64,000 nt of DNA, taken from the NCBI GenBank assembly GCA_963827165.1, contig CAWGZR010000010.1, positions 192,001-256,000 of the forward strand. Direction: 5' to 3'. Both the position numbers and the translations under genes were made by a program. Below the pieces are notes generated by a model, which was given only the letters and a program-made list of their open reading frames with translations, was not told the DNA's origin and did not search any database. The stretch is from Candidatus Bathyarchaeota archaeon (GTDB taxonomy: Archaea; Thermoproteota; Bathyarchaeia; Bathyarchaeales; Bathycorpusculaceae). This document shows, piece by piece, positions 42,056 to 52,809 of this stretch. Every line of letters starts with the position of its first letter. The stretch's first letter is position 1.

Positions 42056-44081
42056 TTATTCAATTAATTCTTCAGGTTTAACGGGCGTGTGTCTTATGCG
42101 TTTTCCGGAAACTTTTTCGATCGCTCTTACCAAAGCGATGGGAACGCCTATTGTCGGCGCTTCTCCTAAGCCTTTGGCATGATGTGGCTCAAATGAGGGA
42201 TTCTCAACTATCTGAATCGAAAAGGTGGGCATGTTTTCAGCCGTGGGCAAACCCGCTTCAAAAAGGTTTTTTGTAGCCAAATTGCCTTCGGCGTCATGGA
42301 TAACTTCTTCGTAAAGCACTTGTCCTATGCCTTGTATGGTTCCGCCGATTATTTGGCTTTCAACCATCTTGGGGTTAATCGACCGGCCAACGTCGTAGCA
42401 TGCTACGCATTCCTTCACTTTCACCATCCCGAACTTGTCGATGTCTACGGTTGCCAGTTCAGCGCCAAAAGAATTCAACTGAGGCTGAATTGGCCGCTCC
42501 CACACTTCAGATGAATTATTCACCCGAAAGCAAGTTCTCCAATGAGAATTTTCCCCATTTCTTTTCAACCTGCGCTTTCAATTTTCGAGCTGCGGCTACA
42601 ATTGCTGCCCCTCCAACAATGGCACTGCGGCTACCCCACGTGCCCACGCCGCCCTCAAGCATGTCAGTGTCGCCGTGGTTCAACATTACTAGTTCTTCAG
42701 GGATGCCTAGTTCATCCTTGAGCAGTTTCCTAACAAAAACGTAGTGTTCTTGACCGTGTTGGTTCCCGCCTAACCAAACGTTCACTTTACCATCTTTAAC
42801 AATTATACGTGCGGACTCTCCGGCCGAAATGAACCCTGGGACCAAAGTGAAGAAGCCAAGCCCAGCGTTCTCGCTTTTTGATCTTTCCCTGTATTTGAGG
42901 TCGGTAACGGCTTTAGTGAAGAATGGTCGTGAAGCATCTATTTCTATTCCTAATGGCGACTTGAATGGCTCGGTTGTCGTGTTGATGAGGCGGACCTCGT
43001 CGGCTTCCAAGCCTAGTTCATCTGCAAGTAGATCCATCATGCGTTCCATAAAGAATGCTGCTTCAGGCCTTCCTGCGCCGCGGTATGGTCCTTGTGGAGG
43101 CTTGTTAGTCATAACCGCCCTTGCGAGAACACGTGCTTTTTCGATGCCATAGGGACCCGTCATCTGCATTGAAATGAAAAAAGGCGCCCTTGACCCAGCA
43201 GTGCCGCCGTATGCGCCTGCATCCACAGTTACTTCTCCTCTTAGCGCTGCCACTTTGCCTTTCCTGTCGGCGAACAACTTGATTTTTCCCTGCACACCTC
43301 TGCCGGGCTGCATAGCAGTCAGTTCCTCGTTTCTGCTTGCAACCCATTTTATCGGTCGCTTAAACTTCATGGCAGCGTATGAAGCAATAATATATTCTGG
43401 GTAAATGGCGCTTTTCGAACCGAAGGCGCCTCCGGTATCCGCTTGGATAACATGCAGCTGCTTCCTATCTATTTTTAGAGAAGCGCTTATGCCTTCTTGC
43501 ATACTGTTGACTGACTGGGTGGAGATGTAAACTGTTAGTCTTGACCCGTCAAAATCCGCGATTAAACCGTGGGGTTCCAAGGAGTTATTGGCTATTCTGG
43601 CGTTTGCAAACTCATCCTCAAGCACTACTGGCGAATTTGGGTCTTCGAAATCGTTGCCGACCCACGTTTGGCTGATAACATTGGATTGCGTCCTAGGGTG
43701 CATTGGACTGGCAGCAAGGGATTCCTCCACGTTCATTGCGGGCTTGAGTTTTTCATACTCAACCTCCACTTCATCCAACTTGTCTTCTGCTTCATAGCGA
43801 TCATCTGCAAAAACAGCGGCAACTGGTTGACCCGCATAGTACACTTTTTCTTGGGCAAGGGCTGGATGCTGCAAAGCTGGATTCATTCCGCCTCCGACGC
43901 TTCCCTCACCTGCGCTACCCACTGCCAATTTCAGCTCGTTGCCGTTCAAGCCGCCTTTTACCGAAATTATGCGCGCGTGTGCATAGGGGCTTCGTGCAAC
44001 CATCATATATAGTATGTTTGGAAGTTTAATGTCGTCAACGTATCTTCCTGCGCCTTTAACCAGAAGGTTGGATTCACTCAC
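42056..44081 (-). CDS. Xanthine oxidase-family molybdopterin large subunit (CoxL/CutA-like); frameshift near 42530
   Basis: G.GRYVDDI, RSPYAHA, GGAFGSK, PYRGAGRPEA, HGQ.H, GTWGSRS, INP..VESQ..GG, KGLGE. Confidence 0.92.
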
Positions 44082-44569
44082 TGCTTGACAGCCTCCTGCT
44101 TCTTCATCATTTCTTGAGCGTACTTGACTGCCTCAACGATTCCGCGGTAGCCTGTGCATCGGCAGATGTTGCCGTGCAGCATGTGCTTTATTTCTTCTTC
44201 GCTCAGGTGCCTGTTTTGATTTAGCATCCAGCAACTGGTCATTATCATTCCGGGCGTTGAGAAACCGCATTGCAATCCTTGCTTTTCAATAAAAGCGCGC
44301 TGAATAAGATGCAAATGGCCTTTTTCCTCCAAGCCTTCGATAGTGAGTATTTCTTTGCCGTTAGCTTGGACGCCTAGTATCGTACAGGATTTGACCGCTT
44401 TGCCATCAACCAGGACTGTGCATGCACCGCAATTTGTTGTTTCGCAGCCCTGATGGGTTCCCGTCAGACCAAGGTCATCTCGGAGTACGCTTACCAAAAG
44501 GCGCCTAGGTTCCAACTCAAGCTCAAATGGTCTTCCGTTCACCCTAAAATTTGTCTTAACTTTTTTCAT
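44078..44569 (-). CDS. Xanthine oxidase-family 2Fe-2S small subunit (CoxS-like)
   Basis: GCETTNCGACTV, SC, QCGFSTPG, GNICRCTGY. Confidence 0.93.
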   Translation of the reverse strand: MKKVKTNFRVNGRPFELELEPRRLLVSVLRDDLGLTGTHQGCETTNCGACTVLVDGKAVKSCTILGVQANGKEILTIEGLEEKGHLHLIQRAFIEKQGLQCGFSTPGMIMTSCWMLNQNRHLSEEEIKHMLHGNICRCTGYRGIVEAVKYAQEMMKKQEAVKQ

Positions 44570-45461
44570 AATCTCCCATCACCGCTCTTTTGAAAGACAA
44601 TTCCAAAGCGTCTTTCACAAGAATACCCAAAATTTTCCGTCGATACTCAGCTGAAGCGTAAAGGTCACTGACCGGTTGGGAAGCCTTCACCGCGAGCTCG
44701 GCAGCGAGATCCGAAAGAACAGGCTCTAACTTTTTTCCCACAAGTGCTTGTTCGGCTTTTTGAAGCCTGAGAGTTTTTGGCCCCACACCGGTCAACGCCA
44801 ATCTGCATGATGAGACCGAATTATCGTCTTCAATGGAAATGTTTGCTGCCACACCAGCTATTGTAAAGCCGCCGCAGCCCTTCTTGACCTTGCGATAAGC
44901 ATTTCCACATCTTTCTGTTTGCAAAGGAATTTGAATTTCCGTGAGAATCTCGCATGGTTCAATTAAAGTTTTGTGAGAGCTGACGTAAAGCCGTTCCACA
45001 TCAATTTTTCGGTTCCCGCCAAAAGAAGACAAAACAACTGAAGCATTAAGGGCGATCATCGGAGCAGGCAAATCGTTTACTGGGTCGCCGTAGCAAAGAT
45101 TGCCGCCGACCGTTCCGAGGTTTCTCACGAGCGGGTCGGCAATTTCGGAAGCTGCATCCTTTAGAATAGGCAGCGAAGAAGAAAGCGGTAAATCGTTTTC
45201 TAAGGTACTCACCGTTGTTAAGGCACCGATTTTATACGTATCGCTTTCTTTGCGGATGTAATTGAGCTGTTCGATTCCAGTTATGTCAACGACGCTCTTG
45301 AGCGAAGATATCAATGTGGAATTGCGTGTTTTCAGGGCGGGTATGAGACTTTGACCACCCGCCAACACTTTCACTTGTGAATCGCCATTTTTGAGAAGCT
45401 CTAAAGCCTCGCCGAGACTTTTCGGCGCGAAATAATCAAAAGATCGAGGAAACATGACCAA
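44556..45461 (-). CDS. Xanthine oxidase-family FAD-binding medium subunit (CoxM-like)
   Basis: LAGGQSLIP, IGAL, VRNLGTVGGN, SAEYRR. Confidence 0.93.
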   Translation of the reverse strand: MVMFPRSFDYFAPKSLGEALELLKNGDSQVKVLAGGQSLIPALKTRNSTLISSLKSVVDITGIEQLNYIRKESDTYKIGALTTVSTLENDLPLSSSLPILKDAASEIADPLVRNLGTVGGNLCYGDPVNDLPAPMIALNASVVLSSFGGNRKIDVERLYVSSHKTLIEPCEILTEIQIPLQTERCGNAYRKVKKGCGGFTIAGVAANISIEDDNSVSSCRLALTGVGPKTLRLQKAEQALVGKKLEPVLSDLAAELAVKASQPVSDLYASAEYRRKILGILVKDALELSFKRAVMGDYEKS

Positions 45462-45606
45462 ACACTACTCGCAAGAGAAAGTTCAACAGTTTGCAGGATA
45501 TAAACAATTGTTGGCACGCAACGGTTTCAATTTTAATTTATAACCCAAGAAAAACCGCAAAATTATTTGGACGAGATCATTTGTGAAAAAAACAAAAAGA
45601 AGTTCG

Positions 45607-46725
45607 TTAAGCCGCCGAATTAGCTTTTTCGAAGAGCACATTCGGGCTCATTAGATTAGCCTGTAACTCTTTTCGGAGTTCCTGCAGCGAAATGTTTGTG
45701 CGAACAATCGGCAGCTTGTATCCGCCCTTTTTCAGAAGTGATCTGACGACTGTGTTTTCCCGAACTTTATCTTCGAAAACCACGAAACGAACCCGGAAGT
45801 TGTTTTTCTCAAGAATAACCAATAACTCATCCATCTTTTGAGGAGAAATAAACGGCAACCCATAGTGCAGCTCAACAAGAATTTTGACGTCGCCTTTGAG
45901 GGTTTCAGGCATCCCTTTGATGATTTGGTATTCCCATCCTTCAACGTCCATTCGAATTAGTTTGGGACTATCCTTTCCTTTGCAAAAAGAATCCACTGTT
46001 TCAACTTGCACTGGCTGCGCGCGTTGGATTTTGCCGCCGACAGCGTTTTTATTCATGGCGCATAAGTTGGATTCGTTACAGACGTAGATTTCTGATGTTT
46101 CGACTTTTTCGCCGAAGGCAAAATTAAACGCCGAAACATTCTTCAGGTTGTTTAGGCGCACGTTGTTCTCCATTAATTGAAAGGTGCTGGTTACGGGTTC
46201 TACGGCAAAGACCTTTCCTGTTTTCCCAACGAGCTGCGATTCAATTAGAACGTAGTAGCCAATGTTGGCTCCTATGTCTAATACGGTGTCGCCTTCTTTG
46301 AGGATTTTTGAGTTAATCAAAAACTCGGTGCAGAGCGGTTCTCTCTTCTTGTACAGAAAAAGATCGTAGTTGATACCGCCTTGCCTTGGGAAAAGAAACA
46401 TTTTTGAGTTATTTATTCTTGTAATGGTTGCTTCGGGTAGGTATTTTATGCGTTCGCCAACTCGTTTTAGTGCTATCGCCAAAATCATTGAGGACGTCTT
46501 AGCTAACCCGTTACGTCGGGCAAGTTTTATTGTTCTGGAAAAAGGAACACTCAAGTTAAACCCTCCTGTAAACCCAAACTTAGTTTTTTCTTTTCGAGAG
46601 GCACACTGTTGGGACATCTCTCTGAACGAGTCCAGTCGGGAATGTCTAGCTTCATTTTCAAGCGTCTGTTTAACGAAAACTGTTGTTGCTTCATTTAAAC
46701 ATGTTGCTAAACCACGCAGACCCAC
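45607..46725 (-). CDS. FkbM-family SAM methyltransferase (true start probably downstream)
   Basis: VLDIGANIGYY, VFAVEP, IRMDVEGWE. Confidence 0.88.
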   Translation of the reverse strand: MGLRGLATCLNEATTVFVKQTLENEARHSRLDSFREMSQQCASRKEKTKFGFTGGFNLSVPFSRTIKLARRNGLAKTSSMILAIALKRVGERIKYLPEATITRINNSKMFLFPRQGGINYDLFLYKKREPLCTEFLINSKILKEGDTVLDIGANIGYYVLIESQLVGKTGKVFAVEPVTSTFQLMENNVRLNNLKNVSAFNFAFGEKVETSEIYVCNESNLCAMNKNAVGGKIQRAQPVQVETVDSFCKGKDSPKLIRMDVEGWEYQIIKGMPETLKGDVKILVELHYGLPFISPQKMDELLVILEKNNFRVRFVVFEDKVRENTVVRSLLKKGGYKLPIVRTNISLQELRKELQANLMSPNVLFEKANSAA

Positions 46726-46757
46726 GCAGAAAACGACAATCGAAAAAACCGGCCAAT

Positions 46758-49700
46758 TTAACGTTGTTTTGGCGGGAAGAGGTCTTGAAAGTCAATGTTA
46801 ATCTGGCCATATTTCTGTTGTATCGCCCTGTTTATGTTTAGCCAATCGTCAAATATCAAAGGCCAAATGTCGCTGGTTACGACGCGCTTGGTCACGTATT
46901 CTTTGATCGGCCCCGTCCTCTTGATTATACGCCTGTGCCAATCAACCTCGATTAAACCACCCCGACGCAGATGCTGCAAGTTCTGATAGACGCGGTCTGG
47001 GTCAGCGGGAAAGTTTAGACTCTTCAGATCTTCAATTAGAGAATCAAGTGAGATCTCGTTTTCTTGGCGCAAGCAAACTACTGCAGCTATGTCTAGAGCC
47101 AACCTTCTGTTTGAACTTAAGTACAAAGTTCTCCGTTTCGGAACTAAAACCTGCTCAATCCTAAACGCGTGGCGTTTGTAGAACCAGCGTTTGACAACTT
47201 CAGCGAGCATCAGGTAAACCACGATAAATGTCACTAGGAAAGCGTAGAATAATGGAGGAGGAGGATAAAACTTGAACACTCTGCCCAACGGTGTGTAGGG
47301 TATTATGAAGGCTGCGGCAACCACTGAGAAACTGCTGACAACCAGATATTTCCCAGGTTTGCTTTTCCAAAACGGCGACTGCCTAGTCCTAATCACAAAA
47401 ACAACGATTGTTTGGGTACAAAGTGACTCTATGAACCAAGCCGTTTGAAATTGTGATTGCTGAATAGCCGTTGCTAACGGAACCCCTGCCGCAGTCACAC
47501 CAAGAGGAATACCAAAAACCAGAACCATAGTGAAGAAAGTTGCGTAATCGAAAATTGAGCTTAAAGGCCCTTCAAGAATCATAAAGTTCCTAATGAAAGA
47601 TATGTCCCACCTTTTTGGGCGCTCTAAATATTCTTCATCTACGTTATCAGTTGCTATCGTGGTTTGGGAAGCTGTGTACAAAAGGTTGTTTAGCAATATT
47701 TGAATGGAAATCATCGGAAAGAATGGTAAGAAAAGAGCCCCACCCGCTACACTGAACATGTTCCCAAAGTTTGAGCTGATACCCATCATCACGTACTTCA
47801 TTGTGTTGCCGAATGTTTTCCTACCTTCAACCACACCTTCGGCTAGCACCGTTAAGTCATTTTCTAAAAGAATAATGTCTGCCGCTTCTTTAGCGACGTC
47901 TACAGCGTTGTTAACAGAAACACCGACATCAGACGTTTTAAGAGAGGGCGCATCGTTTATTCCATCACCCATGAAGCCGACAACATGACCATTGCTCTTC
48001 AACAAATTGATTATCCGGTCCTTTTGCACAGGAGTAACGCGAGCAAACACGTTAGCCTCTTCAACGACCCTGGCTAACGCGTCATCGTGCATCTGGGCGA
48101 TTTCCCCTCCCAGAACTACACCTTTAATTTCGAAACCAAGCTGCTCACACACTTTTCTTGTAACTAGTTCATTGTCACCAGTCACGATTTTTAGTTCAAT
48201 TCCTTCTTTGGCAAGCAGTCGTATTGACTCTTTAGCTGTCTGCTTCGGCGGGTCCAAGAAAGCGATAAAACCAAGAAAGACCATGTCAGTTTCATCGTTT
48301 ACCGAGTAGGTAGTTTTTTCTATTTTGAGTTTTTTGTATGCTACGCCTAAGACCCTTAAGCCTTCAGAACTCAAGTCGAAGTATTTCTGTTCTATTCTTT
48401 TTCTGACTTCTTCGCTTATGTCCTGGATAAAACCGTCTATTTCGCAATAAGTTGAGACCTTCAAAATCTCTTCTGGAGCTCCTTTTGCTATCAAAATTCT
48501 TTCCCGTTGCTGCTCGACTACGACTGAAACACGTCTTCTTACAAAATCAAAAGGAACTTCATCGATTTTCTGGAAAGGGGACACGTCAATTTCTTTGTGG
48601 ATAAGGATAGCCTCGTCGAGTGGGCTTTTGAGTCCAGTTTGGTAAAAGCTGTTTAGATATGAGTAATGGAGAACTTTGTCGTCGTCTTTACCTTCAAAAT
48701 CAATATGCATAATAAGAGATATGCTGTTTTCCGTCAAGGTTCCTGTTTTGTCCGTGCACAAAACATTCATGCTGCCGAAATTCTCGATCGAAGGCAAATG
48801 CTTGACTATGACGCCTTTCTTGGACATGTTTACTGCGCCCTTCGATAGGTTCATAGTAATAATCATGGGCAAGAGCTCAGGAGTCAACCCTACTGCGAGA
48901 GCAGCAGCAAAAAGCAGTGAATCTATCAAACTGCGGTGGAACAAGGCGAGAACGGCAAAAACGAAGATGATAAGAACAAAAGTGACTTGCATGATGAGAT
49001 AACTGAAGCCTTTAACGCCTCGTTCAAATTCAGTTTCAGGCGGCTTCGAAACGAGCCTCTTAGCGATTTTCCCATACTCTGTTGAACCACCTGTTTTCGC
49101 AACCACAGCCGTTGAACTGCCGCTTACGACGGAAGTCCCCATGAACAAGTAGTTATCCCATTCTGTGATTGAACCAGACGATAGATTAACAGAAGCTAAC
49201 TTGTTTGCTGTTTTTTCAACTGGGAATGATTCCCCAGTTAAAGAGCTCTGATTGATAAAGAGGTCTTTAGCTGTAATTATTCTTGCGTCAGCGGGAGCTA
49301 TGTCTCCGGCAGAAAGGTAAATTATGTCTCCAGGAACCACCTGGGAAAGCTTAACCTCTTTCTTGGCGTTATCGCGGATCACAGTCGCTGTAGTGCTGAC
49401 CTTTTCCCTTAGAAGTTCAGCGGAGTTTTCAGCTTTAGACTCCTGGTAATGATCGATGCTGACGCTGATCAATACGATCACAAAAATTATGGAGAAGTCT
49501 GGAATGTCGCCGGTGGCTCCTGCGAAAGCGCTCGCAGCTAAAAGTATCAGGATAAGCGGGCTTTTAAAATGGAGAAGAAAACTGACGATGTTGGAACGTT
49601 TCATTTTTCGCGCTAATTCGTTGGTACCGTAAATACTGATTCTTCGTTCCGCGTCTTCGGTGCTAAGACCTTGTGTTGAAGTCCCAAGCTTGGACAGTAA

Positions 49701-49832
49701 GTCATCCGCGGGCAGAGTCAAAACTTCGTCCGTGGTTACCGGCGGCTGCGCTACAGGAACATTTTCTTTGACTGTGAATATTTCTGGGTTGCTTTGCGCG
49801 CCATTCGCCAAGTTCTCCCCGCCAGCATCCAC
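46758..49832 (-). CDS. mgtA: Mg2+-translocating P-type ATPase with extra C-terminal domain
   Basis: LTGES, VGLTPELLP, DKTGTLT, PFDFVRRR, KGAPEE, TGDN, GDGINDAP, SSNFGNMFS. Confidence 0.93.
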   Translation of the reverse strand: MDAGGENLANGAQSNPEIFTVKENVPVAQPPVTTDEVLTLPADDLLSKLGTSTQGLSTEDAERRISIYGTNELARKMKRSNIVSFLLHFKSPLILILLAASAFAGATGDIPDFSIIFVIVLISVSIDHYQESKAENSAELLREKVSTTATVIRDNAKKEVKLSQVVPGDIIYLSAGDIAPADARIITAKDLFINQSSLTGESFPVEKTANKLASVNLSSGSITEWDNYLFMGTSVVSGSSTAVVAKTGGSTEYGKIAKRLVSKPPETEFERGVKGFSYLIMQVTFVLIIFVFAVLALFHRSLIDSLLFAAALAVGLTPELLPMIITMNLSKGAVNMSKKGVIVKHLPSIENFGSMNVLCTDKTGTLTENSISLIMHIDFEGKDDDKVLHYSYLNSFYQTGLKSPLDEAILIHKEIDVSPFQKIDEVPFDFVRRRVSVVVEQQRERILIAKGAPEEILKVSTYCEIDGFIQDISEEVRKRIEQKYFDLSSEGLRVLGVAYKKLKIEKTTYSVNDETDMVFLGFIAFLDPPKQTAKESIRLLAKEGIELKIVTGDNELVTRKVCEQLGFEIKGVVLGGEIAQMHDDALARVVEEANVFARVTPVQKDRIINLLKSNGHVVGFMGDGINDAPSLKTSDVGVSVNNAVDVAKEAADIILLENDLTVLAEGVVEGRKTFGNTMKYVMMGISSNFGNMFSVAGGALFLPFFPMISIQILLNNLLYTASQTTIATDNVDEEYLERPKRWDISFIRNFMILEGPLSSIFDYATFFTMVLVFGIPLGVTAAGVPLATAIQQSQFQTAWFIESLCTQTIVVFVIRTRQSPFWKSKPGKYLVVSSFSVVAAAFIIPYTPLGRVFKFYPPPPLFYAFLVTFIVVYLMLAEVVKRWFYKRHAFRIEQVLVPKRRTLYLSSNRRLALDIAAVVCLRQENEISLDSLIEDLKSLNFPADPDRVYQNLQHLRRGGLIEVDWHRRIIKRTGPIKEYVTKRVVTSDIWPLIFDDWLNINRAIQQKYGQINIDFQDLFPPKQR

Positions 49833-50116
49833 TCCGAGAAGAGCGAAAAGATTCTAGCATACAACCAGTACACATCATTTATAAAAACCCTCGCAAAACT
49901 AATCCAAAACTCTGCCTGAAAAAAGTGTCACCCGACTTCTCTTAACCATCTTTATATGTGTTTTCGAAAAACCGCTTGAAAGCTTGCCAAAAAAAGCGCC
50001 TTCTCGAAAAATTTCTTCAAACAAAAAATAGGTTAAGAAAAATTGATAATTAATAATTCTTTTTATACCCTACTTTTATTACTCTAACCATCCAATAAGC
50101 AGCCCGTGATAATTGT

Positions 50117-51163
50117 TTGAGTCCAGACCTCAAAAAAGCAGCATCCGTTACATTACGCTCACTTGCACCAGGTAAACCTCATCACGCTCAGTGGCTAGTA
50201 ACAAGAAAATGCAATTACCGCTGTGCAGGCTGCAGCGTCTGGAAAGAACAGAATGATGAAAGTGAACTTCCGGCTGAAGAGATAAAAAAAGGGTTGGATA
50301 TCTTAAAGAAACTTGGAGTAGCAGAAGTGGTTATCTCAGGAGGAGACCCCCTTCTTAGAGACGATATCGGCGAAATAATCGATCACGCCACAAAATCATT
50401 CATCACAACAGTCTATGACAACGGCAGTATGGCTGCAAAAAAAATTGATCTTCTCCGAAACGTAGATTTCGTCGCCATTTCAATCGACAGTCTGGACGAA
50501 GCGAAAAACGATTCGATCAAAACTGTCCCTGGCGCATGGAAAAGGGCGATGGAAACGGTGGAGACCCTACACAGTGAAGGAATAAACGTCAGTGTGACGC
50601 CGACAATCTCGCAGAAAAACCTGTATGAAATTGCCGAATTAACCGAATATTTCACCCAAAAAGAAATCCCAGTTTGGTACTCGCTCTACTCGTACGATGC
50701 TTCAGCGAATGAAGAACAACTTTTTAGAATCGGAAAAGAAAACGACGAATTCATAATTACCGACAAGCAAGCCATGGTTAAACTCTGGGATTCAATAATT
50801 GAAATGAAAAAGAAAAACAAGAAAATACTGATGACAAAAAAACTGCTAAAATCACTGAAAAACTTCTACCAAGAAGACAAAAGAACATGGAAATGCGAGG
50901 CACTCAAAAACTTTTTCGTCATTGACCCATTAGGCAGAGTAGCAGGATGCCACAGCCAAGACTTCGCAGGCTCGGTGTTCGATTTGCCTAAGCTCTGGAA
51001 AAGCCAAGAATTTAAAGACCTACGCCGAGGCTACCGAGAATGCAAAGAATGCAATTATTTGTGCTACATTTTTTATTCGCTGCAGGGAGGCCCGCGTGGA
51101 AATGTGTCTGTAGCTTTTGACCAATGGAGAAACGCTGGTTTAGTTTTTAAAAAAAGCCGTTAA
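50117..51163 (+). CDS. Radical SAM protein with C-terminal SPASM/twitch-like Cys cluster
   Basis: CNYRCAGC, SGGDP, C-terminal C..G.V.GC..CKEC..C. Confidence 0.9.
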   Translation: MSPDLKKAASVTLRSLAPGKPHHAQWLVTRKCNYRCAGCSVWKEQNDESELPAEEIKKGLDILKKLGVAEVVISGGDPLLRDDIGEIIDHATKSFITTVYDNGSMAAKKIDLLRNVDFVAISIDSLDEAKNDSIKTVPGAWKRAMETVETLHSEGINVSVTPTISQKNLYEIAELTEYFTQKEIPVWYSLYSYDASANEEQLFRIGKENDEFIITDKQAMVKLWDSIIEMKKKNKKILMTKKLLKSLKNFYQEDKRTWKCEALKNFFVIDPLGRVAGCHSQDFAGSVFDLPKLWKSQEFKDLRRGYRECKECNYLCYIFYSLQGGPRGNVSVAFDQWRNAGLVFKKSR

Positions 51164-51218
51164 GACTTTGTATTTCAAATGGTCTATATACAATCAGCAG
51201 TCTTTATGGTGGACAGTC

Positions 51219-51869
51219 TCATTGCGTCAACGCAGAACTCGGTACAACAACGCTGCCTATTACTCTGCACAAAACCTCAAAAACTTCGTCAGCATTCAAT
51301 TTATCAGTATCTAAAACCAAGTCAAAAGGCGCGAAATCTTCACCCAAAACAAAACCGTAAAGCTTCTGATAAATCGCTCTCGTTCTAGATTCCTTCTCTT
51401 CCAGAACCTTTATCGCCTCTTCAGGGGAAATTCCGTCACGCACGGCAACTCTGGCAGCTCTCTTCTCAATCGAAGCCATCAGCCAAATTTTAAAACCGCC
51501 TTTCAGCAGCCACGGCATGGTCCAGCTGTCCAAAAGGACATTTCCTTTAGCAGCGTACTCCAACAGTTTGGCATCTACGGCCTGATCAAATTTAGGGTCA
51601 CCAGCTCTTTTCTTAAGAAAATTCAAGCCTTCAGTGGTTTCCCACCAACCTTCACATGACGCGTCCAAACCCTCGGCTTTTGCCAGCTCCTTTAGCGCGT
51701 CGCCGCCTGAATAACATTTAAGGTCGTATTTTTTCGCAAGCTTCTTTGATAACGTGCTTTTTCCTGTTCCAGCCATTCCTGAAATACAGATTACCATTTT
51801 TGTGTCATGAAAACATGGGACAGATTGTTTTGACATCCTTGGGCACCTTTTTGCTGAGTTAGGGTTCAA
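51219..51869 (-). CDS. cmk: Cytidylate kinase (archaeal type; start probably downstream)
   Basis: ICISGMAGTGKST, D..VD, KIWL.AS...RA.RV..RD; usual position after the DUF106 gene. Confidence 0.88.
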   Translation of the reverse strand: MNPNSAKRCPRMSKQSVPCFHDTKMVICISGMAGTGKSTLSKKLAKKYDLKCYSGGDALKELAKAEGLDASCEGWWETTEGLNFLKKRAGDPKFDQAVDAKLLEYAAKGNVLLDSWTMPWLLKGGFKIWLMASIEKRAARVAVRDGISPEEAIKVLEEKESRTRAIYQKLYGFVLGEDFAPFDLVLDTDKLNADEVFEVLCRVIGSVVVPSSALTQ

Positions 51870-52809
51870 TCGGCATTATTCCAAGTAATCGTGATGCTAA
51901 CAGTCCGAGGAAGAACGAGCAGATTGGATACCAGTAGACTACTGAGACGCCGCCGAGACCTGGCAGGTAAACCATTGAGGTAATTCCATAGGTTGGTGTC
52001 AAAACGAAAATCCATATGAAGATATACAGAAATGATACGCCAAGTTGAACCATCTGCGGCTTGAGCATTTTTGCCTGCATGTTATTAATTTGGGATTGCC
52101 TTTTCTTGAGTTTTTCCATCTGTTTCTTGTCCTTACTTCTTGCGGCGGCCATAGTTTCTTGTCTGTACTCGTTCATCTCCTTTTGCATAACCCTGTACTG
52201 TTCCCAGCCTATGAAATAGTTGATTAGAACTCTGTTCAACGCGGTGTTTAAGAAGGCGATGCCTAGCGCGATAACCAATATCAAAAGGGCAGCGGTAATC
52301 GAGCTTATGGCGACGGAAGAACTTTTCGTTAGGGTAATTAGTTGTGGGACGTTAACTCCGGTAGAGGTCGTATTTCCGTTAACGCCAACCACCCAGTTGT
52401 AAGTCCCTTCAGGCAAGGGGTTTCTTGCATTAAAAGTGAAAGTGACACCCTGACTCGAGCTTAACCCTGTTGCTGATCCATAAAGAAGAATGTATTCTTT
52501 AGAACTGGTTTTGGAAGTTTCCAGAGTCGCGGTCCATCCCTGCGAAGTTGGCTGCGTAACAGCAAAATTGCCGATGTTACTGTAGCCAGATGGAACCGTT
52601 ATGTTCGCGCTGCCAATGGTGTCGGTTCCAGTGTTGGTTATTGCAACCGTGTACGATGTATTTTGCCCAACGGCGGAAGACTTAGCGGAGATAGATGCTG
52701 AAGCGCTCAAACCGCTTGAAGCTGACGCCGAAGCAGTTAAGAGGCTTATTGCTGAAACTGCAACCAACGCAAGTATCAAGGCAATAAACATTTTCTTCAT
52801 TACTTTCAT
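51859..52809 (-). CDS. EMC3/TMCO1 (DUF106) insertase-family protein with N-terminal secreted domain
   Basis: C-terminal TM-coiled coil (MQKEMNEY..KKQMEKLKK.Q)-TM..WY.ICSF; N-terminal signal peptide and S/T-rich beta domain. Confidence 0.8.
   Translation of the reverse strand: MKVMKKMFIALILALVAVSAISLLTASASASSGLSASASISAKSSAVGQNTSYTVAITNTGTDTIGSANITVPSGYSNIGNFAVTQPTSQGWTATLETSKTSSKEYILLYGSATGLSSSQGVTFTFNARNPLPEGTYNWVVGVNGNTTSTGVNVPQLITLTKSSSVAISSITAALLILVIALGIAFLNTALNRVLINYFIGWEQYRVMQKEMNEYRQETMAAARSKDKKQMEKLKKRQSQINNMQAKMLKPQMVQLGVSFLYIFIWIFVLTPTYGITSMVYLPGLGGVSVVYWYPICSFFLGLLASRLLGIMPIEP

Noticed and set aside
42056-45461. Bona fide aerobic CO dehydrogenase
   Set aside because: The Cu-binding AYxCSFR motif is absent; the loop is PYRGAGR
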